A stretch of DNA of 61,866 nt, filler included, from Catajapyx aquilonaris (lineage: Eukaryota), in NCBI GenBank assembly GCA_000934665.2. It is 4 parts of 4 records of this genome, joined end to end, with 100 filler letters (N's around TTAATTAATTAA, not from the genome) between each part and the next. Parts side by side here need not be neighbours in the genome. Positions count along the whole stretch, not along the records: positions 31,426 to 46,596 come from JYFJ02007574.1; positions 46,697 to 61,866 come from JYFJ02007575.1; 2 more parts are not named here. The stretch is one strand, 5' to 3'. Of this stretch, positions 34,996 to 48,983 are shown piece after piece. The notes below the pieces were generated by a model. The model ran no database searches and had not been told where the DNA came from. It was given only the letters and a program-made list of their open reading frames with translations. The translations under genes were made by a program, and so were the position numbers. Numbering within the stretch: position 1 is the stretch's first letter; each line of letters opens with the position of its first letter.

Positions 34996-37900
34996 TTATG
35001 CACAGTTTTTAAAATCAGCATTTTTTTGATGATGACATCATGATAAAAAAAGGTATAAGGCTGCAGATATCGACAGGATTAATCACTCGTTGTGGGATCC
35101 TCGCGAAAGGGGTAATTTTTTTTTCGAGATCGATGATGGGTATTCCCACACATGTACCGGGCGAAGATGATAGGGAAACGATGGGGCATTGCCAATCAGA
35201 AGATGGCATGAGAAGTCAATTAGATGGGCCAACACGGTCGTCGTCGTCGTCATGGCCACCCCCCGATTAATCGCCGGAAACAAAAAACCCTGGCCTTTTG
35301 TTGCCCATCCCTCTGGCTCATAATTCGAAAAAAAAAGAAGAGCCGAACATCGCAGCTGTTATTGTTTTTGCATATTCGATATCAATAGGCCGGCCAAGCT
35401 CGGACGTTGAAATCGATAGCCGTCCGCTGCTGGTCATTGTTCGTTGAGGCGTTCAATTATCGCCATGGTGATCATCAGTCACAAGCGGTACACACAAGAC
35501 AGAGAGTGTGGGGATTTATCGGTTTGGGGGGGGTGGCCTGTACGGCGCGGCGCCCACTGATTTATTCGGGCCTAGCTGAGGCGCCACACGTTTCCCTGAT
35601 CTACACCCGGCAATTATTACTCTGGAGATTGGCCCGAAAACAAAAGCAACCCGGTGAGCAATGGCCAAGGAATATTAATTAGCCGTGGGAGACTGGCAGC
35701 TCACTCTACCACCCACCCACCCATCACCTCCCATGCATATTATTGGATGGCCCCAGCAGCGTGCTATATAGCAGCACTATAGGTCCTGTCCGAAATATAG
35801 TAACTATAGAAAGAGAGAGAGCTATAGAGACAGAAAAAAAAGAGAGACGCCTGGTTTTTTGATCGATGGCCTCGTCTCCCTCCTGTCACTGCCACATTAC
35901 GGATGAAGATTTGCCATGTCCTGCTCTGATCCTCCCACCGACATGCACTTTTTTTGGCACCGAATTCGCTATAACCTTATACGGGGTATGGCCAATTATT
36001 TACTCTTGGTATGGCCTATACAACACAGTCCAACAGAAGGATGGGCAGGCGAAGAATAAGAAGTCCTGCATTGTTCACTCCAGAAATTAACCCCCACCTG
36101 CTGGTTGTTGTTTGCAACATGTGTATAATACTGTGCTGATTTACAAGGTAATGTTGGCAGTGCACAACCCTATCATATTATACAGTCACACTATGGGTCA
36201 CAGACAGTGATTGACCGGCAGTCACCCGTATAAGGAAATCAAGGCAATTCCGAAGCTGGCGTGAAATTTGGTAGTTGACACAGAGCAAGAGGATGAGCTG
36301 GCAAAAGGCAATCACGCAACCTCTCCCGGAATTAGTGTACGACCCCAGCAGCAGCAGACATGCAGCACACGAAGAGGAGCAATTGGCTCCCAATTCCACC
36401 CCCCAAATAAAAATGTAGAGCTGTCGTGTGCGGAACGGATTCGGCAGAACCAGATGGGACCATTCACATCCAGTCCAGATTACGCAGGTCGCAAGGTCAC
36501 GTGCCCACTTGTTTATGGTCGGACCTGACAGGTTAGAGAATAGCGTCAAAAAAGGATGCACTGTTAATCTAATAGCAGGCATCAATTAAAATAACTGATA
36601 TTTTCAATGGCCGCCATTGTTCGCAGTACTTCCAGTGGTGCCGCCACTTTCCACGCCGTTTGCATAGCCCCATTAGACCGGAAGGACGCCAAGTGTATAC
36701 CCCGGGTCACCGGAAACAGATGCTTCAACCCCCCACGGAATGTCATCTAATATTATTCCCCCGGCTGGATTTAGTGATGCCGTGTCAAAGAGGCATCTCC
36801 TGGAACGTCCAGAAATTGAAACGTCACGCGACACGTTGTTATATCTAACTGCTACCGTATTGTGTGTCTCCCCCCATTCCGATTAGATTGCCTCGTCGTT
36901 CCAAGCAGCTACCATCTTCCTCACGTGATCGCCAAAATTCCCCGGTCCCTCCACTGCCGGAATCACTCGCGGGTCCTTTTTACAACCCATCTGAAACTGC
37001 ATCATCACTGGTTTAATTGGGAGGCCTGACAAACGGTGCCTTCTCGCGTGATTGCCTCAGACTGACAGCACTGCCACGTGACAGACACAGCCAAGAACAC
37101 TTCCAGACCATCACTCTATACAGCTATTGACTCTATATAGAGTCATGAATTGTAACAATGTCGTGAAATTAGACTGGAAGACGTTTATGTCTCGAGTATG
37201 CTTCCTTGGATTAATTTGATGTATTACAGAAACAAGTGCGCCGCGTTTCAGTTTTTAGTACAGGTGAACTTGCTGTGTTTTTAAATGGCACGATAATTCA
37301 CGGTGACGAGATTGCAGCTAGCTCGTCGTCCCGGTTTTATCATCAATTAATGGGGCTCATATGTACAAATTTCTTTTCATCCGGCGTGACACGCACGGGG
37401 GTTTGACATTATTCAGCGTATATGAGGTGTAATCCATATGTGCGGAGAGAGAAGAGGGGGGCAACATTGGTGCGGTATATCTCTCGATTTATATCTATTG
37501 CCGCTTGTCACGAATTGAAAAGATAGGCCGTCGTAATGAGCCGTGCGGCTAAAAGCGAGGCACAAAAGAGCACTTTTCCCCATCCGGCAAGCACATCGAG
37601 TAATTACAGCCGGTCCCAAAAGTAAGCAAGCTTTTAATGGGGTGGAAAAACAGTGAGAGCAGCCCAACATCAACGCCATTAAATAATTCAGAGCCGAGTG
37701 TAATTGCGAGATCTATCCGCCCCGCCCCGCCCCTCCACCCACCCAACCCAGCAGCACCCTGATGGTGTGTGTAGTATATATGCACACACATGACACATGG
37801 ACAAGGCACATATGCTGATTAGCATTGGCCCTGCTATTATCAGACTACCGCATTCCGACCACCACACTACTACTGTTTACGCCAGGCACGAAAGACCAAG

Positions 37901-40900
37901 CCCAACCAGCAATTATAATGGCGGCCTAAGAGCCTACCATGTGATTACAAGTCTAATGAAGAGCACGCACATTCATGCCATGGATTATTAAGCGGAGGAT
38001 GGAATGGGACCGACAGACGCTGCTGGTCAAGCCCATCGTGTCCATCTCCAACCTTTCCTTCTTTTTCTCTCGCGGGGTGTATATCCGTTGCTCATCAGGT
38101 AGCCTATACAATGTCCACACCCAGCAACCAGTTCAACCAGAAGCAACAATTGGTACACCCTATGTGCATGTATACACCTGCCCGTGTCACGTCCATCCCG
38201 ATTCGAGGATCTGTCGCTTTTCGGGTCATGCTGTCCCCCTTTCCGTGCGGCTTATCGCCCATTTTCACAGAGTGCAAAAGCACATAACCACTATTATCTG
38301 CCGTGGGTCTTAGTGGCTGTATACAGCCAGATGGACGAGCGATAACCTACAGCATGTTGGTGTGTCCTGTGCGACAATTTCTGATGCCCATTTTAGAGAG
38401 TGAAACAACTTGGTTTCTCAAAATTTATTTAAAAAGGGGAATGGGGATCGGAGGCGACAGTCAGGAGCCCTGCAGAAATAATTAATCAAGGGGCTGAGGA
38501 GTGACTAACCAGGATCCGAGACCATTAATCACAGGGGTCAGTTTCCGGAAAGCCCGTTATTATCCAAAGCTCCCTCTTTATGCACTAAAAGTATGGCTGC
38601 TGGAAAAGAACAGTCTTTTTTTGCGGGTTGCAGCCGTTGTGTTTGTGGCTGGAGGGTATAAGCCTATGTATACTAGAGGGAAATACAGCGGTGGTCGAGA
38701 ATCCATTTCCCTAATTATTTAGAGCTCCTTCCTGGAAATAGTCCTTTTTCCTACGTGTATACTGTATATATGTGGTCCGTATGGATCGCCAACTGGCCCG
38801 TCCCTCAGGATTAATGAAACTTTTAAGCTCCCTGGGATGTGGCAGTGGGCAATGAAATATTCATCCTCTTCATCCGCGATGGTTCGCAGCCAAATGGACA
38901 CCGCCTACAACGGCCTTATATTATATGCACCTAAGTCACTTTTATGGGCTATACGTATAGTTTTGTTCAAAATCTCAATCAATTGAACACGCGAGCAAAT
39001 GCAATTTGAACCAGTCCCACTAAAAGTCACGGAGTAAACGAATAGTGATGTTGCAAGCCTAATGAAGCCCCGTGCTGCGCAATCAGCTGGTGGGTAATTG
39101 AGTGACGACCGGTATAAGTGGCGGCCGTCGTTATGATCCGAGTTTCCAGGCGTGATACACGAGTCGGCGTAGTATTAGAAAAGAAGAAGACACCCTCCCT
39201 TTTTCCCATCGAGAGAAAAGGAGAGGTTGCTCGCCAATTAAGACGATCGGGGCAAAAGAACGTGGGTTTCATTAGCACCACGTGACACTTGTTCCCAGGC
39301 CATCAGCCAATATACACTACTCCAATGATGATCGGACTTATTCCACCATGCACGCCACACACCACCGAACCAAACCCCCATCGCACCTGCTACAATTCCC
39401 ATCACCATCCCAGCACCCCTCATCAGCTTCAAACTCTCTCTCTATATATACACACAGCATGTTCATTCATTGCACTGGTTTTTGTATATTGAGAGGTTTA
39501 ATTTACACCGAGGCTGATTCCCTCTCCGTCGGATGTGTCCAACCTGATATTACCACTATCTCTCGCACGACCTGAAGGTTACAGCAGTGTGCGCAGAAGG
39601 AGTGTGCGCCATCTATTCGTTCAGAATAGTACTGCGTGGTAAATCGGCGGGCCATCTCATTAAAGTTGTTCATTTATAACTGCCATACTGATTACAGGTT
39701 TTGCCCAATTTTGGCAACGGATTCGCGCTAGTTACGTAAGAGTTCCTGAGGAGAATGTCATATGCCTCTTGTTTCAAGGCGATTTCACATGCCTCAAAAA
39801 GATGTGGGTGTCATTTCACAAGTTATCACGATATGCAGACGGGCAAAAAGAAATTGAGGGGTTAAAGTTATGTGGAGGCAGAATAATAGTATGGCAAGTC
39901 GCATGGCTAAAGATGGTGTTGCTGATTCATCTGCGTATATAGGGATGGGAATTATTCTGAGGCGTTTGAGTCCATGGTGCTGGCTGTGTTTGGCAGGATG
40001 GGAGGAAGTATGGCCTGCTGACTGCAGAGAAAATCCCCCAGCACCAATTACAAATGAAAATGAAGCAGCTGTACTTGATCATTTGGCAGTGTTTAGGCTG
40101 CACATGTACGTATTAATGTCGGGTGTAATTGGGACCTTGCTCCTTGCGTGTGGCCCAAATGCCTTCAAAGATGCCACGTGATGATTAAATTACTTATGCC
40201 GGATTCCCTCTCTCGCTCTACTACACAGTTTCTTCTCTCCTTTTTTTTGCCTTATTCTTTTCCCCTCACTTGCTTTAAAACCTTACCCATTTTTTCTCAA
40301 TTTCTTTTCTACAGAGTGTGGTCCTGAAATCCCTATAGGGCTAGGAATCCCGTGAGATTGGTCGGTACCACGTGATTGGACAGCCAGGAGAGAAATGTTG
40401 GCACAAGCGCCTTTTGTGTTTCTCTCTCTCTGTGTGTGTGAGTAAAGAGAGGAGGGAAAGAGGGACCTCCCAGTCATTCATACATCCCACGCATTCACAC
40501 GGTTGACACTTGTATTATCTGCATAGCGCAACTACTAACCCGAGACGAGTTTGTTTTCTTCCAAGCCTGGACCACACCGGCGACCAAGACGTGATACTCT
40601 CTGATTTCTTTCCGATAATACCAACACATACACCGCCCTTTCTTGCCACCAACAATGCCCCGCTGCTCATCTCGTGATCTATGCTATACCCAACAACTTG
40701 TGGCTAACATCTCCACTCTACTACTTGCGCTGGTTAAACCGACTTTCAATTATTGAATTGCCCAATTCTGAACATTAACGTAACTACATTGTCGTTTTTT
40801 AAAAATATATCAGGAATGCGATGTATCAGACCTGACCACATATTATATTGTATTGATCTTATTGTTAAGCTCTGTGTAGAGATATTGTCGTCTGGCCCAA

Positions 40901-43900
40901 ACAACCTCAATTATTCAGGATGGGCTGCCCGAACTAAACAGCATGTAGAGTCCTAATCTCCATCGATGGCAAGCACTGATCCGGACTGCAAATTTGGACA
41001 ACTCACACCATGTCTCAAGTTGCGACCCCTCCCTCTCGTGACTTACCTTCCCTCTCCCCGTTTTCCCTCTCTCCCCGCCCTCATCCTCCCCCCACCTACC
41101 TTTCCCCCCAAAAAATGGACATGACAAGAATTTTTACCAGCTGCTACAATTATGATGTCAAACCCGTGGGAAAACAGTCTGTCCCACACACAAAATCGAC
41201 TTCCCAGCTCTGACCATCCAACTTACGCGGGGTTAAAATGTTGAAGATGACCTGTGGCTACTATACACATGACGGTACAAGTCGACAACAACAATGGAAG
41301 GCGGAGTGCCATGTAGTATAACGTATATACGGAGACTCAAAATCGCATGACCATGCAAATGAAGACGGCGAGCTTGGGAGCTGTGCGATTCGAAACTTGA
41401 AAGGTCGGTCTCCTGTCGCGCAAATATTTATCTCCTTCCTCGGTGGGTGCAATAAAAGGAAGAAAGGACCCAACCCACCCCACCTGGGAGCACGTCTTCT
41501 TTTGTTCCCCTGATGACTCCATTCCGGCAGAATCGCTTCGCGCCAAGAGCGAATTAACGCCCGACGGGCTCTCATTTATACAGAATCGCAATATTTCAAC
41601 CACAAGATGCTAATCAAAGGGAGGGGGAAAAAATAGCAAGGAATTATTCATGAAGTACATTACAATGCAGCCTCAAAGAGTTCATATAATCATCAAAACA
41701 TGCACAGGTCGCACTCGCACAGGAAATGATGCATGTAGTTCGTTAAAAGTCGGCGAATTATATACCTTTTGTGTGTAGAGATTCACATAACACGTAAGTA
41801 ATGGAACCTGTCTTGTACTATGCGCATGAAGGAATTTTAGTTCAGTCAGGATGCCGGAGAATTCTCGGTGTATTTCTTTGCAATCCAATTGCGAAATTTT
41901 AAACTACATTTAAAATTATAATGCGGATACAGCAGTTGCACATGCCGCATTCAATGGAAAGTATATATGATAGGTACAGACTGCAATATAAAGTGGGCCC
42001 TCAAAAAGCATACGATAATATCACAAACAATACATATCGGTGCCCATTACATTGAAATAACAAGAACTGAGATTGGAGAATTTGTGTTAAATAGAAAGGA
42101 AACAAGTTCAGAGAAACGGAGCAACTCTTTAATGGAGACAGGCTTGACCATACTACACTTATCCTTGTATAGAGCAGACAGGCGTTAAATAGTACAGGTG
42201 AGATCACTGCGTAATTCCGCGCCCTAATCATCGGCTCAAAGTATATGTGATATGCCCGCAAGAAGTATTAAATCATCCCCTGCAGATACAGCAATTAGAA
42301 AGTAGCGGGTACATCACACCCGCATGTCACACAATATTGACACCTACAAACCTAATAATCGGGTAGAGGCGTGAAAGGTCGAATTCAACTTCGCAAAAAC
42401 GCTGGATATCACACACAGCATTTGCATATTTGAGCAGGCATTGGATCACGCTATACATTTCAGGTTACTAGATTATGTTGTGATTGTGACTATATGGCAG
42501 TATAAAAGGTTAATTTTTTCTGTTTCAAATATCTAACATTTTTTAAAAATAAAAAAAGAGACTCAATTCGTTGATATAGTCACAGCTTCGAATTGGGTAA
42601 ATCTACATAACTGCAACGCTCGACCTTTTTTCTCCGGAGGTATGTAAGGGAGCGGAATAACAATTTCATCCACGTGCGCTCGGGGTAATGAAGCGCATAA
42701 AAGGCCGCATTGTGAATGTGGGACATAAAAATGGTTTGTGTGGCAAATGAACTGGCTCAGGTTGGGGGGTAGAATGCGCGGCCGATTCTGCTGCTGGTGT
42801 ACGACCGGACCCTTATTTTCTTTGCAACAAACCCAGCGCCAACCACCCAAGAGGAGAGCTCTTTGCCAGCACGAGATATGACCAAAGCCCTCGCAGCAGC
42901 ACATATACACACCTGTGTTTTTATGATCAGAGTTTGGAGAGAGATGGTGCAGCAGCAGACGGATAGATGGGCTCCACCCACTGAACATTCGGTGGAACCC
43001 TGCCTGACAAGGATTAAATATACGCCTGACGTTTATTTACACCACTCTTGCCACCAGTATTCACTCGGGGTTCAAGGGTGAAAAGCGTTTCTCATTTTTT
43101 TCCTGGTACGAAACCACGTGGACTATTGTCTATATCCAGCATTGAAGGTGTGGTAAACTATCTGCACTGAATTTACGCTCCTTTACAAATTCCAAGCAGA
43201 ATTTCCCCGAGTTGATTTTGGCAACTTCAGCTTCATCTTACAGAGATAACATCATACACGCATGCAATGGTGATTTCACCAGCCAAATACCTGCATGGGT
43301 GGCCTGAGGCGCAGCATATTTTCTATGTCGATAATACAGCATAACAAATATTGACATCTGAAATCTCTAGAAAATGAGGCGAAATCTCCTTAATCAATTA
43401 TAGCACTTTTTTATTGCTGGAAAAAAAACAACCCATCCTTTTGAACCACGACCGCTTTGTTGCACCACACAGCTGATGTGTATTGGCACAAAATAAGGAA
43501 TGTCTATATGCCGTGGGTCCTGCGCCCCGAAGAGAAATAGGGTGAGAAAGCATAATCCGTTATCGTTTGGAAGGTGGGCATGTCCGGCGTAAATCTTGGG
43601 TGGCGGTGGGCCAAGGAGTCGAGCGATAATTTTTGGGACAGGCGGGCGACAAGGATCTGTTGTCGGCGCTTGTAACCGGTTGGGCCCCATGCATCGTTTT
43701 GGGGAAGCGAAAGGACCACCGGCGCTCGCACTCTTTTCCCCCTGACGCTACGCCCTCAGATAAATCTTCAGCAAGAGACCAAAAGGCTCCAAAGGGACCT
43801 CCTTCTCCCTCCCTGGTGCAGCAGCAGCCCCGGGGCAGAAAACATACCTCCTTCCGCATAACATTTGTACAAAACGTGACGTCACGTGCCAGCTTCTATA

Positions 43901-45387
43901 CAAGCACACACATAAAACCGCGCCCAATTTATTTGCTCACCTGCGAGAGATGTTGCGACTATAAAGTATACGTCACGCTGGGCAGGGGGGAAAGATGCTA
44001 TAGCGTTACGTAGGGAAATGTGGATTCGTCTGTGACGTTTATGAAAAATGTAAGTTAACCTTTTAATAATTTATTGCAAATATCGAAAAATGTGCTGGCG
44101 AGATAAGTGAAACATGAGATAAGACAAACATGAAACATAAACAATAAAAAACCTATTGGTGCTGCTGCTATACACTTTCACCTCCCCAGCACCCTCTTCA
44201 AATTCCCCGTAAAATTCCATTTTGATGTAGCTTGATGGCGTGGCATACATTAATTGCCCGATTGTATCAATTTCATCCTGCAAGTTAGACTGCACTGTGA
44301 ACAGTACAGCAGCGTGGGTGGCTCTGATTAGTTAGGATAAACACAGTATTTTGGAACTGCATTTATTTCGTCATGGGGCATTCCAGTAAGGAGGAGATTT
44401 TACTAACACTGCTGTACTCTGCTGTACTCAAATTTACTGCTGTACTCAAATTTTTGTAATGCAAAAATTGCATCATATTTGTTGTCATTCCTATAAGCAA
44501 GTGCAATAACAAGTATGATGGTGTCATTTGGACCTCGTAATAATTTGAGTGGTAATTATGGTTGGCGCTGAGATGCGTTTATCCGAAGCTTTATATTTGA
44601 CTTCACGAACGAGCAGGTACATTATCGTGAATAACCCGAGATAGGGTCGCAAAAAAAAGAAAGAAAAAAAAATCACGGCCAGAATGCAAAGAACTGCCCC
44701 CAACCGAATAATATACAGAAAATGGAGAGGGAATGAAAGGAAAGGGGAGTGGGTGGAGGGATGGGGGGAGGCCTAGATTGGTAAAAGTGCGAGCAGTCGC
44801 TCGATCAAGAGCAGCACGAATCAGCAATTACCCAGCCATTTTACGACTGAGGCTACCCGCCGCCGACTCGCCAAAAATGCTCTGCAATCCCACCCCCTCC
44901 CCTTACCACCCTCCTCTTCCATCAGCAGCTAGGCCTAACCCTCCTTGGCCATTTGACTCTATATACCTGGACTTGTGCCATTGCGTGGCAAATCACTCGT
45001 GGTTCCAACCTCGATTTCGCTCCTTCACAGCCCTCCTCCCTCCTCCATTTAATATGTGGCCACCATTATGAGGTCGCTATCACTTCGCAGAAAGATCAAT
45101 GAGTCTCACCACGAGAATAAAAAAAAGGAGAGAGAAGAAGAATTGTTCAGGCAATTTAAATGAGTTGAAAAGCCCTTGAATCTCTGTGACCGGGCACTGC
45201 ACCTGCTGGAGAAGTTAAACGTTTTCCCATTTGTCACGCTGCCTGCACCTGTTTATGAGATACTTACCAGTGCTTCTGAGCCAAAGTCCCCTTCAAGTTC
45301 AAGGAAGCAACCGAGCACTGCTGCTTCCTCCTTCTCTTAAAACTCGCAAAAATTGGCAAGAGAACAACTTTTAATGCCCATAGTTAA

Positions 45388-46259
45388 TCAGGTGCCGTCG
45401 GCAGGTTTGGGCAGCAGAGCAGAGGCCTCTTCCTCCACACCGCTCAGCCTCCGGATGGCGAGAGGGGACATCTTGGGGAAGAGGGTTTGCTCTTCCTTTT
45501 CCTCTTTTATGGTGGTGGCAGGCTGCATGGATCGGAGCTGGATCTCCTCTTCCTTCTGGATGGCCCTCTCCATCGGGGACTTCTTCAGACGGTCGTAACC
45601 CTTTGCCCTGCTGGCCCCTCTCTTGTACCAGCAGCGGTACAGCAGGATCAGGATCACGATGAATCCCAGCGAACTCAGGAGAGTCCCGATTATGGCCATC
45701 TGTCACATTTGTGTTAAGGAATTTCTTTTCCCTTATTGATGACCAGCAGCTATATCTTTTGACAATCCTGATCCCAAGTCACAACAAATATATGCTGTGC
45801 AGCAAGATGCAGGCTCTGCAGTGCTGCTGCAGTAACTCCATCAGGTGAAAGGCATCTTGGGCCGAACCAATTCAATTAGAGGGGTAGGTGTGCAGACAAG
45901 TCTGGGGAGGAAGATTAATGGCCCCCAGAGTGACGTGCTCGGGACAGTCTGCACTGTTGAGGCAACCGGCTGCTAATAACGACAGAATATATGATACATG
46001 TGTCGTGTTGATGGGGCGCAAGAAAGGATACGTAAATGGTGGTGGTCTGCACCTTGATCATGGCTGCGTCATTGTCCCTGCTGGCCTGCTCCTTGTCCGG
46101 AAGAGGGACGGTGCACATGTGGTACGTGTCCGAGGAGAGATAGGCTTCCTCTGGGAGGGTGGACGTCCAACCGGAGTTGCATTTGCACCACTTCCCCTCG
46201 TGGGTCGACTCTCCGTTGTCGCACACCACGTTCTTGAGGATCCAACACAGGCCATGCAA
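45388..46259 (-). CDS. Uncharacterised single-pass membrane protein with a Cys-rich EGF-like motif; exons ~46259-46032 and 45699-45388
   Basis: Exon 1 CDNG...WCKCNSGWTS...HMC ends TAC|GTATCC; acceptor ACAG|ATG gives a phase-0 join to AIIGTLLSSLGFIVILILLY (TM) and RCWYKR (basic stop-transfer), then a cytoplasmic tail. The true start was not found. Confidence 0.65.
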
Positions 46260-46596
46260 GGCAGGCCGGGAATAAACATGTATAGTAGGGCGGCTCGAAA
46301 AACACTTTTTTTCGAAAGTTGTAGTTCGCTAGTGAAAAAAAGTTGCGTTGGGTGATCCTTTTGACAGGTAAAAAATTTGAGTCATGTGGGTTAATATCCT
46401 ACGGTCCCGCCAGGGGCGTTTGTGACGCAACTTACGGGTTTTCGTTTTTTGGTGTGCGAGTACACTTACCCGGCCTAAACATGAAAAGTTGTGGCCCGTT
46501 GGGAGTGAAATGTCGTTATTTTTGCGATATCTTGCACCGTTGACGAGATATTGACCAAAACCCCAGGTTCAAAAATTACACCGTTCTGCAAAAAAA

Positions 46597-46696
46597 NNNN
46601 NNNNNNNNNNNNNNNNNNNNNNNNNNNNNNNNNNNNNNNNTTAATTAATTAANNNNNNNNNNNNNNNNNNNNNNNNNNNNNNNNNNNNNNNNNNNN
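46597..46696. other. Artificial contig linker
   Basis: 44 N + TTAATTAATTAA + 44 N. Confidence 0.97.
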
Positions 46697-47346
46697 AGGG
46701 TTGGGGGAAAAGTGGAGGGTTGGATACAAAATGTGCAACAACATAAAATAAATGCATAAAATAAGTAGGCATGTATATTGCTGAGGCGCGACACTTATGT
46801 CACCACCTTGAAGCAGGTTTTTGTCAAAATGAAAATTCCCACACCTATATTCCTGAAATATACTCTTTGACACCCGAAAAAAAATTATGAGCGACGAAAA
46901 AAATTTCGAAAGGGAGTTAACGTCATTTAAACGCTCACTAGTCGTCTTGGGGTCCAAAAAGGACCCCACGTTACCAGTTAGCGACCAGTTTTTTCCGACC
47001 CTAAAAAATAGACACGGCAAATTCATGATGTAGCAAGCATAAAAAATCGCAGAGGTGTAAAAAAATTCATCTATGTATAGTATTGTAAGGAGACTACCAT
47101 TACAGCTGCTGGGTCACTAACGTGAGATACGGGTAAACAGTAAACACCGCCTCATCAGTTAACCAACGGTCAGAGGAGGTCAAAAAAAATTTCTATCTGC
47201 CACTTATAGTCCCGGCCGAATTTTGGAAGCATTTATATTTTGATTTTTTTGTTAATGTAAGTTTGTAATAGAAAAAACGACATGGGGTCCAAAAAGGACC
47301 CCACGATACCAGTTAAGCATGGCTAAATGAGGATGCCAGTTAAGGG
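46697..47346. mobile_element. piggyBac-like element end inserted in a lipase intron
   Basis: Ends CCAGTTAAGGG|TTAA; internal repeat GGGGTCCAAAAAGGACCCCACG.TACCAGTTA near 46949 and 47284; the paralogous intron shows an unoccupied TTAA at 59279-59282. Confidence 0.7.
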
Positions 47347-47737
47347 TTAACTTACCCTCATGTTATTTCATGGGTATATACTATACGATGCACACGAAGT
47401 TCAAGAATATAACTAGTTTCGAGATAACTAATGGAAAGCAAAGATTTGACTTTACACTTTCTTATACATTCTATTGGGAGGACAAGGTTCCTCCTCGCTT
47501 TGTAGGTATCTAAATTATGAGGTTGAGGACTAAATTGACTTTACGAGGTTTAGAGCAGAAAAAATGGCATTCAAACACTCAAACAGGTAAGTGAGGTAAC
47601 TCAAAATTTGGACTTACGCACTCTCTCTCTTATTTCTCTTTTTCTCTCTTATTTTCTCTTTTATGCCGACGGCATAAGCTTTGTTCCTTAATTGTGACGG
47701 AGTAATCAATAATTAATTTTTTCCCAACAAAATTCAG

Positions 47738-48307
47738 GGGCCCATTATTCGGTCAACATCACATTTACTTTGCCATTGTCTCTAAAACTGGTGCTGCAGA
47801 TCACGCTGAAAGACGCTAATGGCAATACAACTGGCCCAATGCAATTTCCTTTGGTGTAAGTACTTGTATGGCTACTCTGGCATTACTTTGTGGTCGGGTA
47901 ATTACACTATATACTTATAATGTATATTTAACAGGGATGTTGGTAATAATAAAACGACGGTGAATGTGGTCATCGGGAAATACGTTCCCTTGGATTTTGG
48001 TGTCGGCAAGGACATTACTGCAACACTGATCGGATTAACACTGCCAATCAATAAAATGAGTGTGACAAACGACAATGGGACAAGGTAAAGCAGAACTATT
48101 TTGTGACTCTGGTTGGAGAGTTACCTAAACCATTCATCTAATGACAGCTCCTACCTTTCAATAGAAATGCTTTTCCCTAATATAAATGACAACTAGTGTA
48201 ACAGCTCGACTCACTGTCAGTACTTTTCGTTTAATTTCAGCAAGTACTACTGTGGTGCTGGTATAGGCCTACCCACGCCTTACACGCTGAAAGACAACAA
48301 CTGTTAA
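47738..48307 (+). CDS. Lipase copy 1, last three exons (C-terminal PLAT-like domain): 47738-47855, 47935-48084, 48241-48307
   Basis: Open and in phase, ending KYYCGAG...DNNC*; the whole block 47350-48622 is a close paralogue of 59283-60502. The 5' exons lie outside this contig. Confidence 0.85.
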
Positions 48308-48672
48308 ATCCACTGAAAAATCATCATAATAATATATTATTGCAAGATGCGAAAAGATCGACCTTTGTAAGTTATGGACTAATGTGAAAACGAGTATATC
48401 GTATTCCTGTTTTATGTATCTCTCCTCAATATTAAATCTTAATATATCCTTTCTGTGAGCATCACCATATTGTTGTAATAATTTCCCGGTGAGTTATGAT
48501 AAGGCACACCGCACAGCACACAAGGAGCGTCATTACGTAGTACCTACTGCACTACCAATTTTCATCCCAATTTCAATATCAATGAAATTTTTGGAATATT
48601 TTGGAATGCAACAGGGTAGGCCTACGACTATAGAAGTATAACATTTAAACTCAGATACTGAATACACACTAT

Positions 48673-48799
48673 GGGCCGGTTTCACGGAGCCCGGTTTTGA
48701 TAAATCCCCGGTTTTTTTTCGGAAAATCATTATTCTATTACCAGGGATTTTCCGAAAGAACCGGGGTTTTATCAAAACCGCGCTCGGTGAAACCGGCCC
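48673..48799. mobile_element. PIF/Harbinger-like palindromic MITE
   Basis: GGGCCGGTTTCAC ... GTGAAACCGGCCC; same TIR as the 34871 copy. Confidence 0.8.
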
Positions 48800-48983
48800 T
48801 AGGCCCATATATTATATAATATTATTCTTATGCTATATACACAACTGGTAATACATAACGTTCAATTTTCTGAGCATTTAAAGGCAGGCCACAAACGTTT
48901 CTATCCCTATATTGCCGTACATTCCGCTAAAAGGATACAATGTTCACCGCCGGGCACGTTGAAAATATACTAATCGAGATATA

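Noticed and set aside
38060..38100. Hammerhead ribozyme candidates around CTGATGA cores (also near 34802, 5985 and 11790-12120)
   Set aside because: No correctly placed GAAA with paired stems could be built by eye; an Infernal scan would be needed to exclude them formally.
32000..45300. The many 60-140 aa ORFs and possible conserved microRNAs in contig 3
   Set aside because: No recognisable domains or consistent splice chain, and no match to mature miRNA sequences I could recall.
45388..48307. Functional linkage between the membrane-protein gene and the lipase cluster
   Set aside because: They are separated by an artificial linker, so adjacency is not evidence.
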